A stretch of DNA of 64,000 nt, taken from the NCBI GenBank assembly GCA_964035545.1, contig OZ037766.1, forward strand, positions 16,978,722 through 17,042,721, read 5' to 3'. Source of the stretch: Bugula neritina (Eukaryota; Animalia; Bryozoa). The position numbers and the translations under genes are program-made. Shown in pieces: positions 41,001 to 53,000 of this stretch (positions within the stretch are counted from its first letter, which is position 1; the number at the start of each line of letters is the position of its first letter). A model generated the notes under the pieces. It saw only the letters and a list, made by a program, of their open reading frames with translations, had not been told where the DNA came from and ran no database searches.

Positions 41001-44000
41001 TCTATTGCTGATGAATCTGAAAATTTTCAGTCTGAAGAAACTCCTACCATTAATAGTATGAGCTACTGCTTTATGTTATATTATACCCCTACTACTAGTA
41101 GTATAAGCTAAGCGAGCAACCGTGGTCTAGGGGTTAGAGCGTTTGCCTAGTAAACACGAGGCTATGGGTTCGAGCCCGGATAAAGGCCATTGGTAATGTT
41201 AGGAAGAGCATCTAGTCATGATTGCTCCTGTGCCTTATTTAAACAAGTCCTTAGCCCGATTTAACAAAAACCCTTTCTATGAGGAGTTTCTCACAGGGAT
41301 AGTGACTATAATTTTGTGTGAGTGCTTAATAGTATAAGCTACTGCTTAATACCCCACACTCCTTAGTTAATAGCTATATATGTTTTAATAATCTGTTATT
41401 GTTGCACTGAGCTTTATGGCTTTATTAGCACTTCCTAATCATGTTATTGATGCTAAATTGCTGTTTATGATTTATTAAGCTCATCAATAAGTATATTTTA
41501 GTTATGTTAAGCAAATGTTATTTGATAAGGCATAGTAGTTTATGATGCAGCGTAATACAACATATATTATATAATTTTCTATGCCAATACAGCTTTAAGC
41601 ATTATAGGGTATTTACTAAATGGGTGAAGAATATACTTTTAAACATTCTTGTCTATTTTTCCTGCTCACGGATCTGCTGCTGCCACTGCCATAACAGTTA
41701 AATACTAATTTTAAAAATTATAGTCTAAGAAAATCTGTATAACCTGCAATAATGCTAATATTTTCAGCCAAAGCAGGTAAACCGGGTAAGGCAGCAGTGG
41801 CCAGTTTTTCGGCAGGTCAGCAGACTCTTCTAGTTGACCATCTGCTGGATGTTGACCATGAAACTCTGTACTTCTGGGTCAAGTCTCTCACAGGATGTTG
41901 GCCAGAAAGTATTCAGTTGTCTGCAGACGAGGAGAGAGCCGTAGTACGAGTTCCTACTATTGTCAAGTTGGGTAAGTGTAGTGAGTTTGAGTAGTAGTCT
42001 CTTCTTTCTCAAGTTTTTTGACTAATAATACAATAACATTAAGTAAGCTTTCAATAGTCAATACTTTCATTATGCCTCATATTTGTGTAAGTAGGGTCAA
42101 ACTTATATGCTTAATCATTGTTTCTTTTTGTTGCTGCTAATTTATTTGTAATTAAATCTACTTAACATAATCTTAATTTAATTTTGATTGACAAACTTTT
42201 TGCTTGGTCAGATGAAAGCGAACTGGAGGAATTGATTTCTGATGTAAATTACCATCTCCACGGTGAAAAACTCGCCATAGCTAAAGTTCTTTCTACCTCC
42301 CAAATACAAGTCATTTGCTCCTCCACTAGCACTACAGCTGAGGCTATAGACAAAGACATCATTGAGACCTACTTCAGTAACCCAAAGTATACCGGAATCA
42401 AAGACTTTAATGCTATGAAGAAAGTAAAACCAGCCTCCCCGTTGGATGGTCTGCCAGTGTTTATTGTGACTTATGCCACTGCAGATGGTGAGTGAGTGAG
42501 TGAGTGAATGAGTGAGTGAGTGAGTGAGTGAGTGAGTGAGTGAGTGAGTGAGTGAGTGAGTGAGTGGGTGAGTACACAGTCAAAGTAGGCTCTCACAGGG
42601 TTCAAATAAATATATTAAGTAGTAAATCTATTGTAGTTGTTGACAGGAGCTTTATTGTTTGTAAATATTTTCCTTTATATACTGTATTGTACATTTCCTG
42701 TTTTTTTAACCAAATTACTGATTGAAAGTGCGGAGATTTCTTGTTCGCTTCTGTGTTTAACTACAGTAACTTAGTAAATCAACATAACTTGTGGCAAACA
42801 TTTTGCTCTTTTTATATTTTGTAAGTTGTAGTTACAGATCTGTACGTGTATCTGTATGTGTGGGAGTTATCTGTACATGTGGGAGTTATCTGTACGTCTG
42901 CAAGTAACGTGATAGAACCAGACTCATTGAAAGGGGTGGTAGGTACTGTTAAATGTATGTGACTTGTGTAGATGTTGACTGTGTGATACGAAAGAAACCT
43001 CACAAGCAGAGCCAGTGGAGGTTTGATGTAGCAAAGTACTATGCAGACGTTGGTGTCTGTAAACCAGACAGTCTGGTTGTGTATTCACCGGTTGAAAGGG
43101 GAGAGACAGAAGGTATGTCAACGGAGTTATTCTTCATCAATATGCTGCCACAATATAACTTATAATCATTTTAGTGTAGAATAAGTTATTGTTTTTTATT
43201 AGGTTGTGTTCATCAGTTGAATTATGTAAATAGAACAGCTTTACCTACCCTAAGTTGGGACATCCTTACTTTTTTCAGATGCTGCTAAGATTCGGGAGAT
43301 GCCTGCTCTCTTTGTTAGTAGTATTGATGAACGTGACCTTGGCACTCTAGAAATGTTGTTGAGTAATCAGAAGCGTTCAGGGGGTGGACCCATCACATCC
43401 TGTGACTTTGTTAGGAGAAAGGAGAGACTTGTGAAAGTTATATACGAAGACCCCAAAGGTAATTAGCAATTTAACTGATGTTTGGTGCATCTTGTTATAC
43501 TGTACGGCTTAATAACAAAAACTCTACTTCTGAGTTCTAGAGGAAGTCTTGTGTTGACTGTTGACTATACTGTACTATGAAAGCATACTCTGTACATGCT
43601 TGTTATATGATGGATGCTGTTTTATCCTTATACTAATGTAATGTTTGCCAACATGCTGAGGAAACTGGACGCCTTCTTTCTCAGCTATTCTCAATCCTCA
43701 CTTATCTGCTAGCTTTTCACCAACCTTGACATCACAAGCATTTGTTGCAAATGTTTGATTTATTTTGAAAAAAAACTTAGTTTCAATGTTATTTCAATAA
43801 AAGTCGATGAAAATATACTTTAGCTAATTTGTAGTTGCGGATAGAGTGTATTCTGCACATTGCTCCCACAAAACTTTATGCTTGAATGATAAAATCCTGG
43901 AGATGGAATTGGAGCTCCCTTGGTTGACAGATCATCATGATGATCACAGAGTGAGAGTTTCTGGTCTCACAGAGGAACTTGATCCTGAGAAACTCAGGTT

Positions 44001-47000
44001 CTATCTGTCAGCTCTCTCCAACAACTCTGTGAGGCAGATGAGTTTCAACAAAGAGCAGACACGAGCCATTGCTGAGTTTAAGGGATCACTTGGTGAGTTC
44101 TGATTAACTATTCTAATTGATTTGCCTTTTAAACCAAAAAACTTTCTGAGAAAACTGTAATTATATTTTTATTTAAGATTCCGGCTAGCAATCGCATTTT
44201 AAAGTGTTTAAATTTTAGATTTTGGGCTGTTGCTCTCTAACCAGCACAAGTTCCCTCTTTCGGAATGTTCTCTAAAGATACAGCAGGAACCAAAGCCGTA
44301 TCAGTTAACAGCAACTGGCTCCCTTACTAAGGATGGTATTGAGTTGCCATTGGAGAACCTGTTGAGAGGAAAATTTAATAAGGATGTGGATATTGTGGCT
44401 GAGCGGTTGACAGGCCATTCAGATAAATGGATAATAACCACTTCACCAGATGGTAAATTTTCCATACTCTGTAAAAAAAGAAAATTTATTAGCCGAAGAT
44501 TCTTTTAGGATGGCAAATTTTCTTCATTAATTTTCAAATACTCTATAGTCTATAATCTTACTGGAAATTGGTGCGATTTATAATGCTTAGAAATAAATTT
44601 GTATATTTTTAAACAGATATTAATTGCAGTGGTTGAGCTATGAATTGTGTTAAATTGTGTGAGTTAGGGTGCTTTCGGGTTTTCTTAGATTTGTATACTC
44701 GTGTATCACATACCATTTACACTGCAGTTGCAATATGTAGGAAAATTATATTCATTTAAATTTTTTTCTTATTAATTGAGTTGCAAAGTAGAATGATAAA
44801 TCACATGGATGTACAAAAGTTGTTGCTTTATTCACTTGATGCCTGTTGGTGATAAACTTGTTTATTTGTTTTCATAAATTTGCAAACCGTTAGACTCTTC
44901 TGCACAAGTTAAGTACTATCTTCCATAAAACTACCCTTGAACAGCTACAAGATTCTGAAAATATAACTCCAAGGTTATAGCAATATGACAAGACAGATTT
45001 TAGATAAAATGACACAGGTAAAACGGCACAAATAATAGGGGCGCAGGTAATAAGGGCACAGGTAATAATGGCATTGGTAATGATGGCACAGGTAATAATG
45101 GCATAGGTAATAATGGGCAGACAGAAAAAGATGACTAGTCAATACACCCACAAGCAGCTGTCTTTATTAGGGCTGCATCGTCTATCAACATTCCATTATG
45201 GCTGCTCCATAAGCAAAGTACACACCAAGCTATTCACTAGGCTGTCAGCTAGCAATTGCTTGTAATTAATAATGTACGCATATGTTGCGAGATGTTGCAA
45301 CCCTAATTGAGGCAGTCGCTTATATGGGTCATAGTGTAATCTCAGGCTAAACAGTCACAAGTAGGCAACACGCATGCCACCCACAGAGCAATAATATAGC
45401 AAGAACTTAAACTAAATTGTGAGTGAAATTTATAATATTCTCAGTAAGAATGCCCTTAACTATTCTGTGTCTACTAATTTTCGGACTAATGGACCTTCGG
45501 AATAATGGGCCTTCGGAATATTGCTCCGTCCCCACAGAAAAGTAGGTAAAAATAGCATATTGATGTTGAATTTACCAAATCCCAATCATAAACCCCCAAC
45601 CCTTAAACTCTGACTCAAGTCCCAAACCTCTCACCCTAAACCCAACACTCAAACCCCTATCCCAAACTTAAATCCCTATCCCAAACTTAAATCCCTATCC
45701 TAAATCTCCAATTGCCCACCTTAAAATCCAATATTTAAAATGTGCTATTTTTACCTGTGCCATTTTTAACGGGCACCAAAAAGGCATGTAATAAATTATA
45801 TACTTCATGCAACTTAAATAGGCTCTATCTGATAGTATATCTGACTTTTCTAAAACACTGAAGAAGCTTGAAGGAAAATTGGCTGCTACCCATAATAGCT
45901 TTGATTAGTTAGTCTTAAATATGAAACAATTTCTAAGAAACTCACAATTAAATATTTCTCTGTGACTCAAAGAGCACATATTCGCTTAGCTTAGTAGCAA
46001 AAAATAAGATGGGGTAGGGTGTGGTAGCATAGCCTTTAAATAGAAATAATGCTCCTAAATACCCTTTCATCGGCTCTGCTATTATATCAAAATGATGTGA
46101 TCATAATAATGATCGAATGTAGGCTGCTCTTGTAAAACTACTTTGAGTGTGCCTTGTACATGATACTAGGTTTTGTTAAATTATATTTTTACCTCACACC
46201 AATACTTCATCTTGAAATGAGTGTACAGATTCAAAACATAAAGCGTGAAGTTTTCCATGCCAACACATATATTTTAAGGATAATTGAGGTTGTATAAAAT
46301 AAATCTTGGTGATACAACTATGAATGTTTAGATTAAAAACTTTTGAAAATTTGATATAATCAAAGTTCAATGTAGGAGTATAACCATTTATTATTGAGTA
46401 CTTGAAGCTTGTGTTATAGGTATTATGCTAATTAACTAATTACTGTCAAAATTTTACCAATTGGTTTTAAACTTTGTTTGTTTTAGTGTTGGAGTTTGTC
46501 CTAAGACAGAAGAATAGAATACGACACTGTGAAACTCTCAGCATTCATTCAGACTTCTTGGGACCAGATGCTACATGCAGAGTTCAGAAAAAGTCAGATG
46601 AACTTTCCAACTTTGTTGCCGACAATTTATTGTTGTATTTTTTGCAAAACCTTAACCTTTCTGGGCACAAAAAGTTGGAAGAGTTTCTATGTGAACACGG
46701 AATATCCCTAGCCCAAAACGGAGTGATAACTTCCAATCTTACTTCAAGCAAGCAAAAGAACAGGTTTGTCTTTTTACAATAAAGTTAATTTATTTTATCT
46801 TTATTGCAGTTTTTTTTGTTTAGAAATTTTAGTATTTTTTCTGTTTAATTTATAGAGAAGTCTTGAAAAATTGGAGAAAACGAAGACAGTTGATAGACGA
46901 TTTTATGAGAAGTAATGTCTCAGTGTACTACACACAAACATTGACCCAACAAGTCTTCAACAAACTGAAACCAAGATTTGAAAATTTGTTTGCTAACAGA

Positions 47001-50000
47001 GAAGTTGTCAACCAAGTTGTTGAAGGAAAGCCCATAGGGATTGCTGGCATAAAGGGCAATGTGGAGCAACTGGCACAGGATTTGACAAAGGCTATAGCCA
47101 AATATGAAACTGAGATTCGAGATGAAAAAGCAACCAAGACGGAGGTCCTTCCTAATGTATTTGACTACCAACTCAACTTCCTGAAACAGACAGACTTTTT
47201 CACAACACTTCAGAAAAAGCACAAGTTAAAAGCTGTGAGTGGAGATGTCCAGCAACGTGCTGTAGTTTTCACTGGTGTTCCTGCCAACATTGAAGCAGCA
47301 CAAAGAGAAACACTCAATTTGCTTCCACATCTGGCGGAATCGAAGGTGTCGGAACAGAAAAAACCTCTATTCTTGAAAGTTTTCAAAACGTCTATAGCTG
47401 AGAAGTCTATTAGACAAGAACTATTGGCTGCTGAGAAACTGCAAGCTGTTTGGACCGTGGAGAACCGAACTTTGAGTGTCTACTCTGTTGACAAAATTTC
47501 CGCTGTCAAAGCTCTGAAAATAATCAATGAAATCGTGTGGGAAGCTCAGTACCCACAAGATGGGGAGTTGGATGACCCGGAGAAAAAGATCCTCATCTCG
47601 GGAAAGTGGAATGACAAGAAAGCTGAACTCTGCAAGATGTTTGAACCTCTAGAGATAGTCAACTTCAGTGACAAACCTGGACTAGGTCTGGCTGGTCTAG
47701 CTCATAACAAAGGTCATGTTTTAGAAGAGATCTCATTTTTCTTTTCTAAAAATGTTATGAGAAAAGCCGTGTTTGATAAATTTCCAGAAAAGATCTTCTT
47801 TTTGGTCAAATATAACAAGGAAGTGTTTAAAGAGTTGGCGGGAAAGCACAATGTCAAGGTTACCATCCAGGCAGATGGTAAATCTGTTGCAATTGAAGGT
47901 ACTCGTGATGACAATGCCAACTTTGGTTGTAGTTTAGATAAACATCTAAAAGGTGTTTTTCATGGTTTCCACATAATAGACGACCGAGCCCGAGTTCAAC
48001 ACATCAATGATGATTCAGAGTTTTTAGAGACGGTCGGTTGGAGAAACAACTGCCTCGTTGTGAAGCATGAAGAAGGTGACGTGGAGACGGCTGTAGAACC
48101 TGAACCTCTGTCTGCAACTTCTCATCAAACTAGTTGTCTGTACAGTGTCACTCTGCCTTCTGGAACAGTTTGTGAAGTAAAGAGAGCAGACATAACGTCT
48201 CTTAGTCATGATGCTATTGTGAATGCTGCTAATGGTGATTTGAAGCATGGTGGAGGCCTTGCTTTGGCTATTGTTCAGAAAGGTTTGCTTCTTAAATATG
48301 TATTTCAAAATTTCCAGTATTGAGTCAATTTTGTTTGGTTTTTTTTCTAATTCGCATTGTGTGATTTATGTGTATGCGTGCGTGTGTGTAATATTCTTAA
48401 TATAAGCAATCATTTGATCCATGTGTCTTCCAGGAGGATCTGGTATTCAACAGGAATGTGATCATTATGTTCAAAAGAATGGCAAGCTGATGGAAGGAGA
48501 AGTTATGACCTCCTCACCTGGAAATTTGAGCTGCAAGAAAATTTTTCACGCAGTTGGCCCAAGATGGACGAATGGTGGAAATCATGAGGAGCCAACCCTC
48601 TTAAACTGTATTGATAATTGCTTCTTGGAGGCAGAAAAAGAGAAAATAAACTCCATTGCTATTCCTCCCATTAGTACCGGTATATTTAGATTCCCGATGA
48701 ACATGGCAGTGAAGGCCATAGTTGGAGCTATCGAGCAAAGAGAAATGAACAACGAATATCTGCCACAACTGATAAGTCTCGTAGACAACAAATCAGACAG
48801 TCTACAGCTTTTTGAAACTGAACTCCGCCAGGTGTTTGACAAAGCATCTTCACAAGAAGCTGCACCAGTAAAACCATCAAACTCAGCTAAGGCCGGACCA
48901 TCTAAATCTAGTTCTAGTTCAGGTACAAAGACTATATATTATATAGCTGTTCAGCTACAAAAACTATATATCATATACTAATTTAGCTACAAAGACTATA
49001 TATTATATACTAGTTCAGATACAAAGACTATATATTATATACTGGCTCAGATACAAAGACCATATGTTACAGATATCTTATGGTTCTATTTGTAGCAACT
49101 GGTAAATACACGATTACTGACAAGACAATAAAACTAGCATCTGGCATCAGTATTGAGTTGGTGTATGGTGACCTCGTGACATCACAGGTAGGTTGTTTCG
49201 GAATTTTCTACTGTATGTAATCTGGTTGTAGAAAAGTTACTAGTTACCATTAGTATGTCTCTACAGCCAGCTTCTAATCTGTGTTATGATCTATCTTATG
49301 TATCTGGATTGTTACTTAAACAAATCTTATCATTGCATAATGGACTACCACATAATTTTGTCCTTAGCCAGTAATAAAACTATTTTGTAGTGAACAATCA
49401 ATTATTTCACAACTTGTTTGTATGATAACAGCTTTATCTAAATTTACAAACAGCAATCGCCAAGTGGAAAGTTAGAATGATGGCATATGATACAATAAAG
49501 CCAAGTTTTTTTCTTCCAGTAAGATTTTTATGCACAATTAAAACAGAAAAAACCTCTTGCAAAATACAAAAAAGTCTTAGACTTCCTATTTTAGCTTTGT
49601 TAATAATTAGTACATTGGCATTTATCCCTAGTTTTTCAGCTGTGAAATATCAAAGACCTGCCCTCCAGCAATCCTTAATTTGACCTTTAAGAAAGCTGGA
49701 GTTATTTCTCTTTGTAAGGTTCCTTTCGTAGATTTAATTGCATCTTTTGGGCAGACCTAGTATTTAAAGCCAACACTTGGTCACTTAGTGTTACCAAATT
49801 TAGTGTAAAACTCCTAACTGGGACGTTATAGGTTTCAATTATAGCATGGTTGTCAAGAGAATACATATATTATGCCATATGTATGTATTTGTGTGTGCGT
49901 GTGTAGTGGATTGATCAGCAACAAGCATAAAACAGTATCCTTAACTTCTGGATTTATTGCTTTGTCTTTGACGTTAACTCTGTATAAGAAATATAGTTGC

Positions 50001-53000
50001 ATGCTGTACAAAAACATATGCATAAGTAACTTTTAAATATATGATATCAACAAAAACAAAAAATTCTTAAATTATAACAACACTTGCAAATCTCAGCTCC
50101 TCTGAAACTTTTCCTGGCAAATGAATTTAATAACAATTATAATACAAACTAAGGAGTTTCATTTACAGCCAAAAATAAAATCACAAGAAGCCGACAACAG
50201 CCCACCAAACTGCAAAAGCTAGCAGTATAGTTTTAGTAACATCTTGGCAAACAGCCAAGATTATCTCCGTGGCACAGTGTGTGTGTGTGTGCGCGCGCGT
50301 GGGCCTATGTGCGCGTGGGCCTATGTGCGCGTGGGCCTATGTGCGCCTGGGCCTATGTGCGCCTGGGCCTATGTGCGCCTGGGCCTATGTGCGCCTGGGC
50401 CTATGTGCGCCTGGGCCTATGTGTGTGTTTATGTGCATATAAAAGGGCTGGGTGCAAAATTCATGACTCTAATGGACAATACATGCAGCAGATTGCTGGA
50501 AAAGTTCTTTTAAAATAACTTTGGTATCTCTTTTCAACAATTTTGCTCAAACTAAACTATCAGTTATTTTGTAGGAGGATACTCTGGTAAACTCTGTGGG
50601 AAATGACATGAATCTGTCTAATGGTAAAGTTGCTGTTGCTCTGTCCAACAAAGCTGGGCCACAGCTGCAGGCAGCATGTAAAGCTCTGGCACCTATTAAA
50701 GCAGGCGACGTGAAGGAGACAGATGGGTTCAACTTGGCCTGTAAGAAAGTGCTGCACTGCAACTGTCCACGGTGGCAGGATCCTCAGGCTATACCAGTGA
50801 GTCACTAGTCATTGTCTTGCATTGACTTTAACTCTATTAATTTGAGATGTTACCTAATTTTTGAGAAGATTTTCAACCTCATGATTTTAGATCTATAACT
50901 CAGGTTCTCAACTCCAACACAGCATCATCACTTTTGTCAGCCATATTTGTATAGTCCTATAATATACATGATACTACGCTATACTATAAAATACTATACT
51001 ATATACTATACTACATACTATACTACTATACTATATATAACTATACTATATACTACACTATATCATACTATACTATACTACACTACACTATGCAATATGT
51101 GACTAACTGACTATACTACATGTATATACTATACTGTGCTGTGCTGTGCTGTACTCTATAATATACTATGCTATATTATACCATACTTTACTATATACTA
51201 CTCGTATATAGTATAGAATAGAGTAGTGTAATATAGTGTAGTATATATACTATATACTACTCGTATATAGTATATATACTACACTATATTACACTACTCT
51301 ATTCTATAATATACTACACTATACTATATACTATACTATACTGTACTATATACAATACTATACAGTAATATACACTACAATATATACTATGTGTGTGTCA
51401 GCAATCCCTCGTGTGACGAGTATGATGTCTGCTTGCAAGCCCTAGTCTGTGCCGTGATCCGTAATCCGTTCCAGTTCGAAAATCCGTAAACTCCTACTAG
51501 AGGTTGTGAGTTCTGAGGTGACTCACAAGCCCAATTCGAGATCGGCATAATTTGCCACAGTGAGGACAAATGTTACTAGAGTCAGTCACTGGTGGGTGTG
51601 TAACAGAGCATAACTCCCTGCTTTTCCTTAACAACCGTTTGTGCTCTCGTTTTTGGCGTTGTTGTTGTTCAAAAATCGCTGTCCCTTGATGCACAACAGT
51701 TCTCCAATTTTTTCTGTCCAAGGCCTGAACTTCCCAGGTCTGTGGTCGAATGAAACACTGCTTAAGGCTTTCGTGTAGAGTGTCTCTATACCTTTTCCTC
51801 TGACCACCCTGTGAGCGATTTCCAGTGTTCAGCTCAGAGTACATGATCTTTTTTGGTAGCCGGTTATCATCCATTCTTACCACATGGCCAGACCACTTCA
51901 GTTGTCTCTTCACAATCATGGTAGTAATACTTGTAGTTTGAGCTTTATCCAGGACACTGTTAGTAGTCTGCCTGTCTTGCCATTTGACTCCGAGGATTCG
52001 CCTGAGACTGCGGTTGTGAAATTTCTCGAGGGACAGCAGGTTGTGGCTGTAGGTTACCCAAGTTTCAGAGGCATAAAGTAGTGTCAGGAGAACAATGGCT
52101 TTGTATACTTTTAGTTTGGTCTGTCTGTATATATCCTTGTTGTTGAAAACGCGTGTTTGCAGCCTCCCAAATGCGGAGCTGGCGGCCTGGAGTCTTCGGT
52201 TTATTTCAGCATCAATGTTTGCTTTAGAGGATAGGCAGCTACCTAAATAGTTGAAGGTAGTGACTTGGTCTAATATTTGGTCTCCCACCTTGAGGGAAAA
52301 ATCCTCATGTCTTTCAGTATTCGGGTGTGGTTGGCACATTACTTGCGTCTTCTTGGCATTGAGTGTTAGACCAAGAGAGGTGTATGCTGTATTGAATGCT
52401 GTGAGAGCAAGTTGAAGTTCCTCCTCGGAATGAGCCATGATCATGTTATCATCAGCATACTGCAGTTCATGGATAGCCTCGGTAGCTGTCTTCGTCTTAG
52501 CTCTGAGACGTCTGACATTGAAAATATCATTAAATCTATATCTGATTCTTACTCCAGATGGCATACATTCACTCACTAGTTGAAGTACAGCAGTGAGGAA
52601 AATCGAGAACAATGTAGGTGCTATCACACATCCCTGTTTTACTCCTGTGTTCACAGGAAACTCCTTAGAGTGGTCTCCATCAACTAATACTGATGCCTTC
52701 ATGTCATCATGTAAGATGCGAATGATGGTAATTAATTTGTCGGGGCATCCAATCTTGCCTAGCACTTTCCACAGCGTTGGTCTGTGAACTGTGTCAAAGG
52801 CTTTCTTTAGATCGATGAATGCCATAAACAGATCACGGTGCTGCTCTAGGCATTTTTCTTGAATCTGCCGAGCAGCAAAAATCATATCCACAGTTCCTCG
52901 GTAAGGTCTGAAGCCACATTGGCTCTCTGGTAGGCATCTCTTTGTCAATTGGCCAAGTCTAAAACTAACTATTCTCACCAGAAGCTTTCCAGCAATGGAT

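Noticed and set aside
45590-45720. Interstitial telomeric repeat
   Set aside because: Degenerate AACCCT/ATCCC runs inside a MITE, not a regular array
50244-50518. Cys/Trp-rich repeat ORFs
   Set aside because: Derived from an intronic 17-bp tandem repeat
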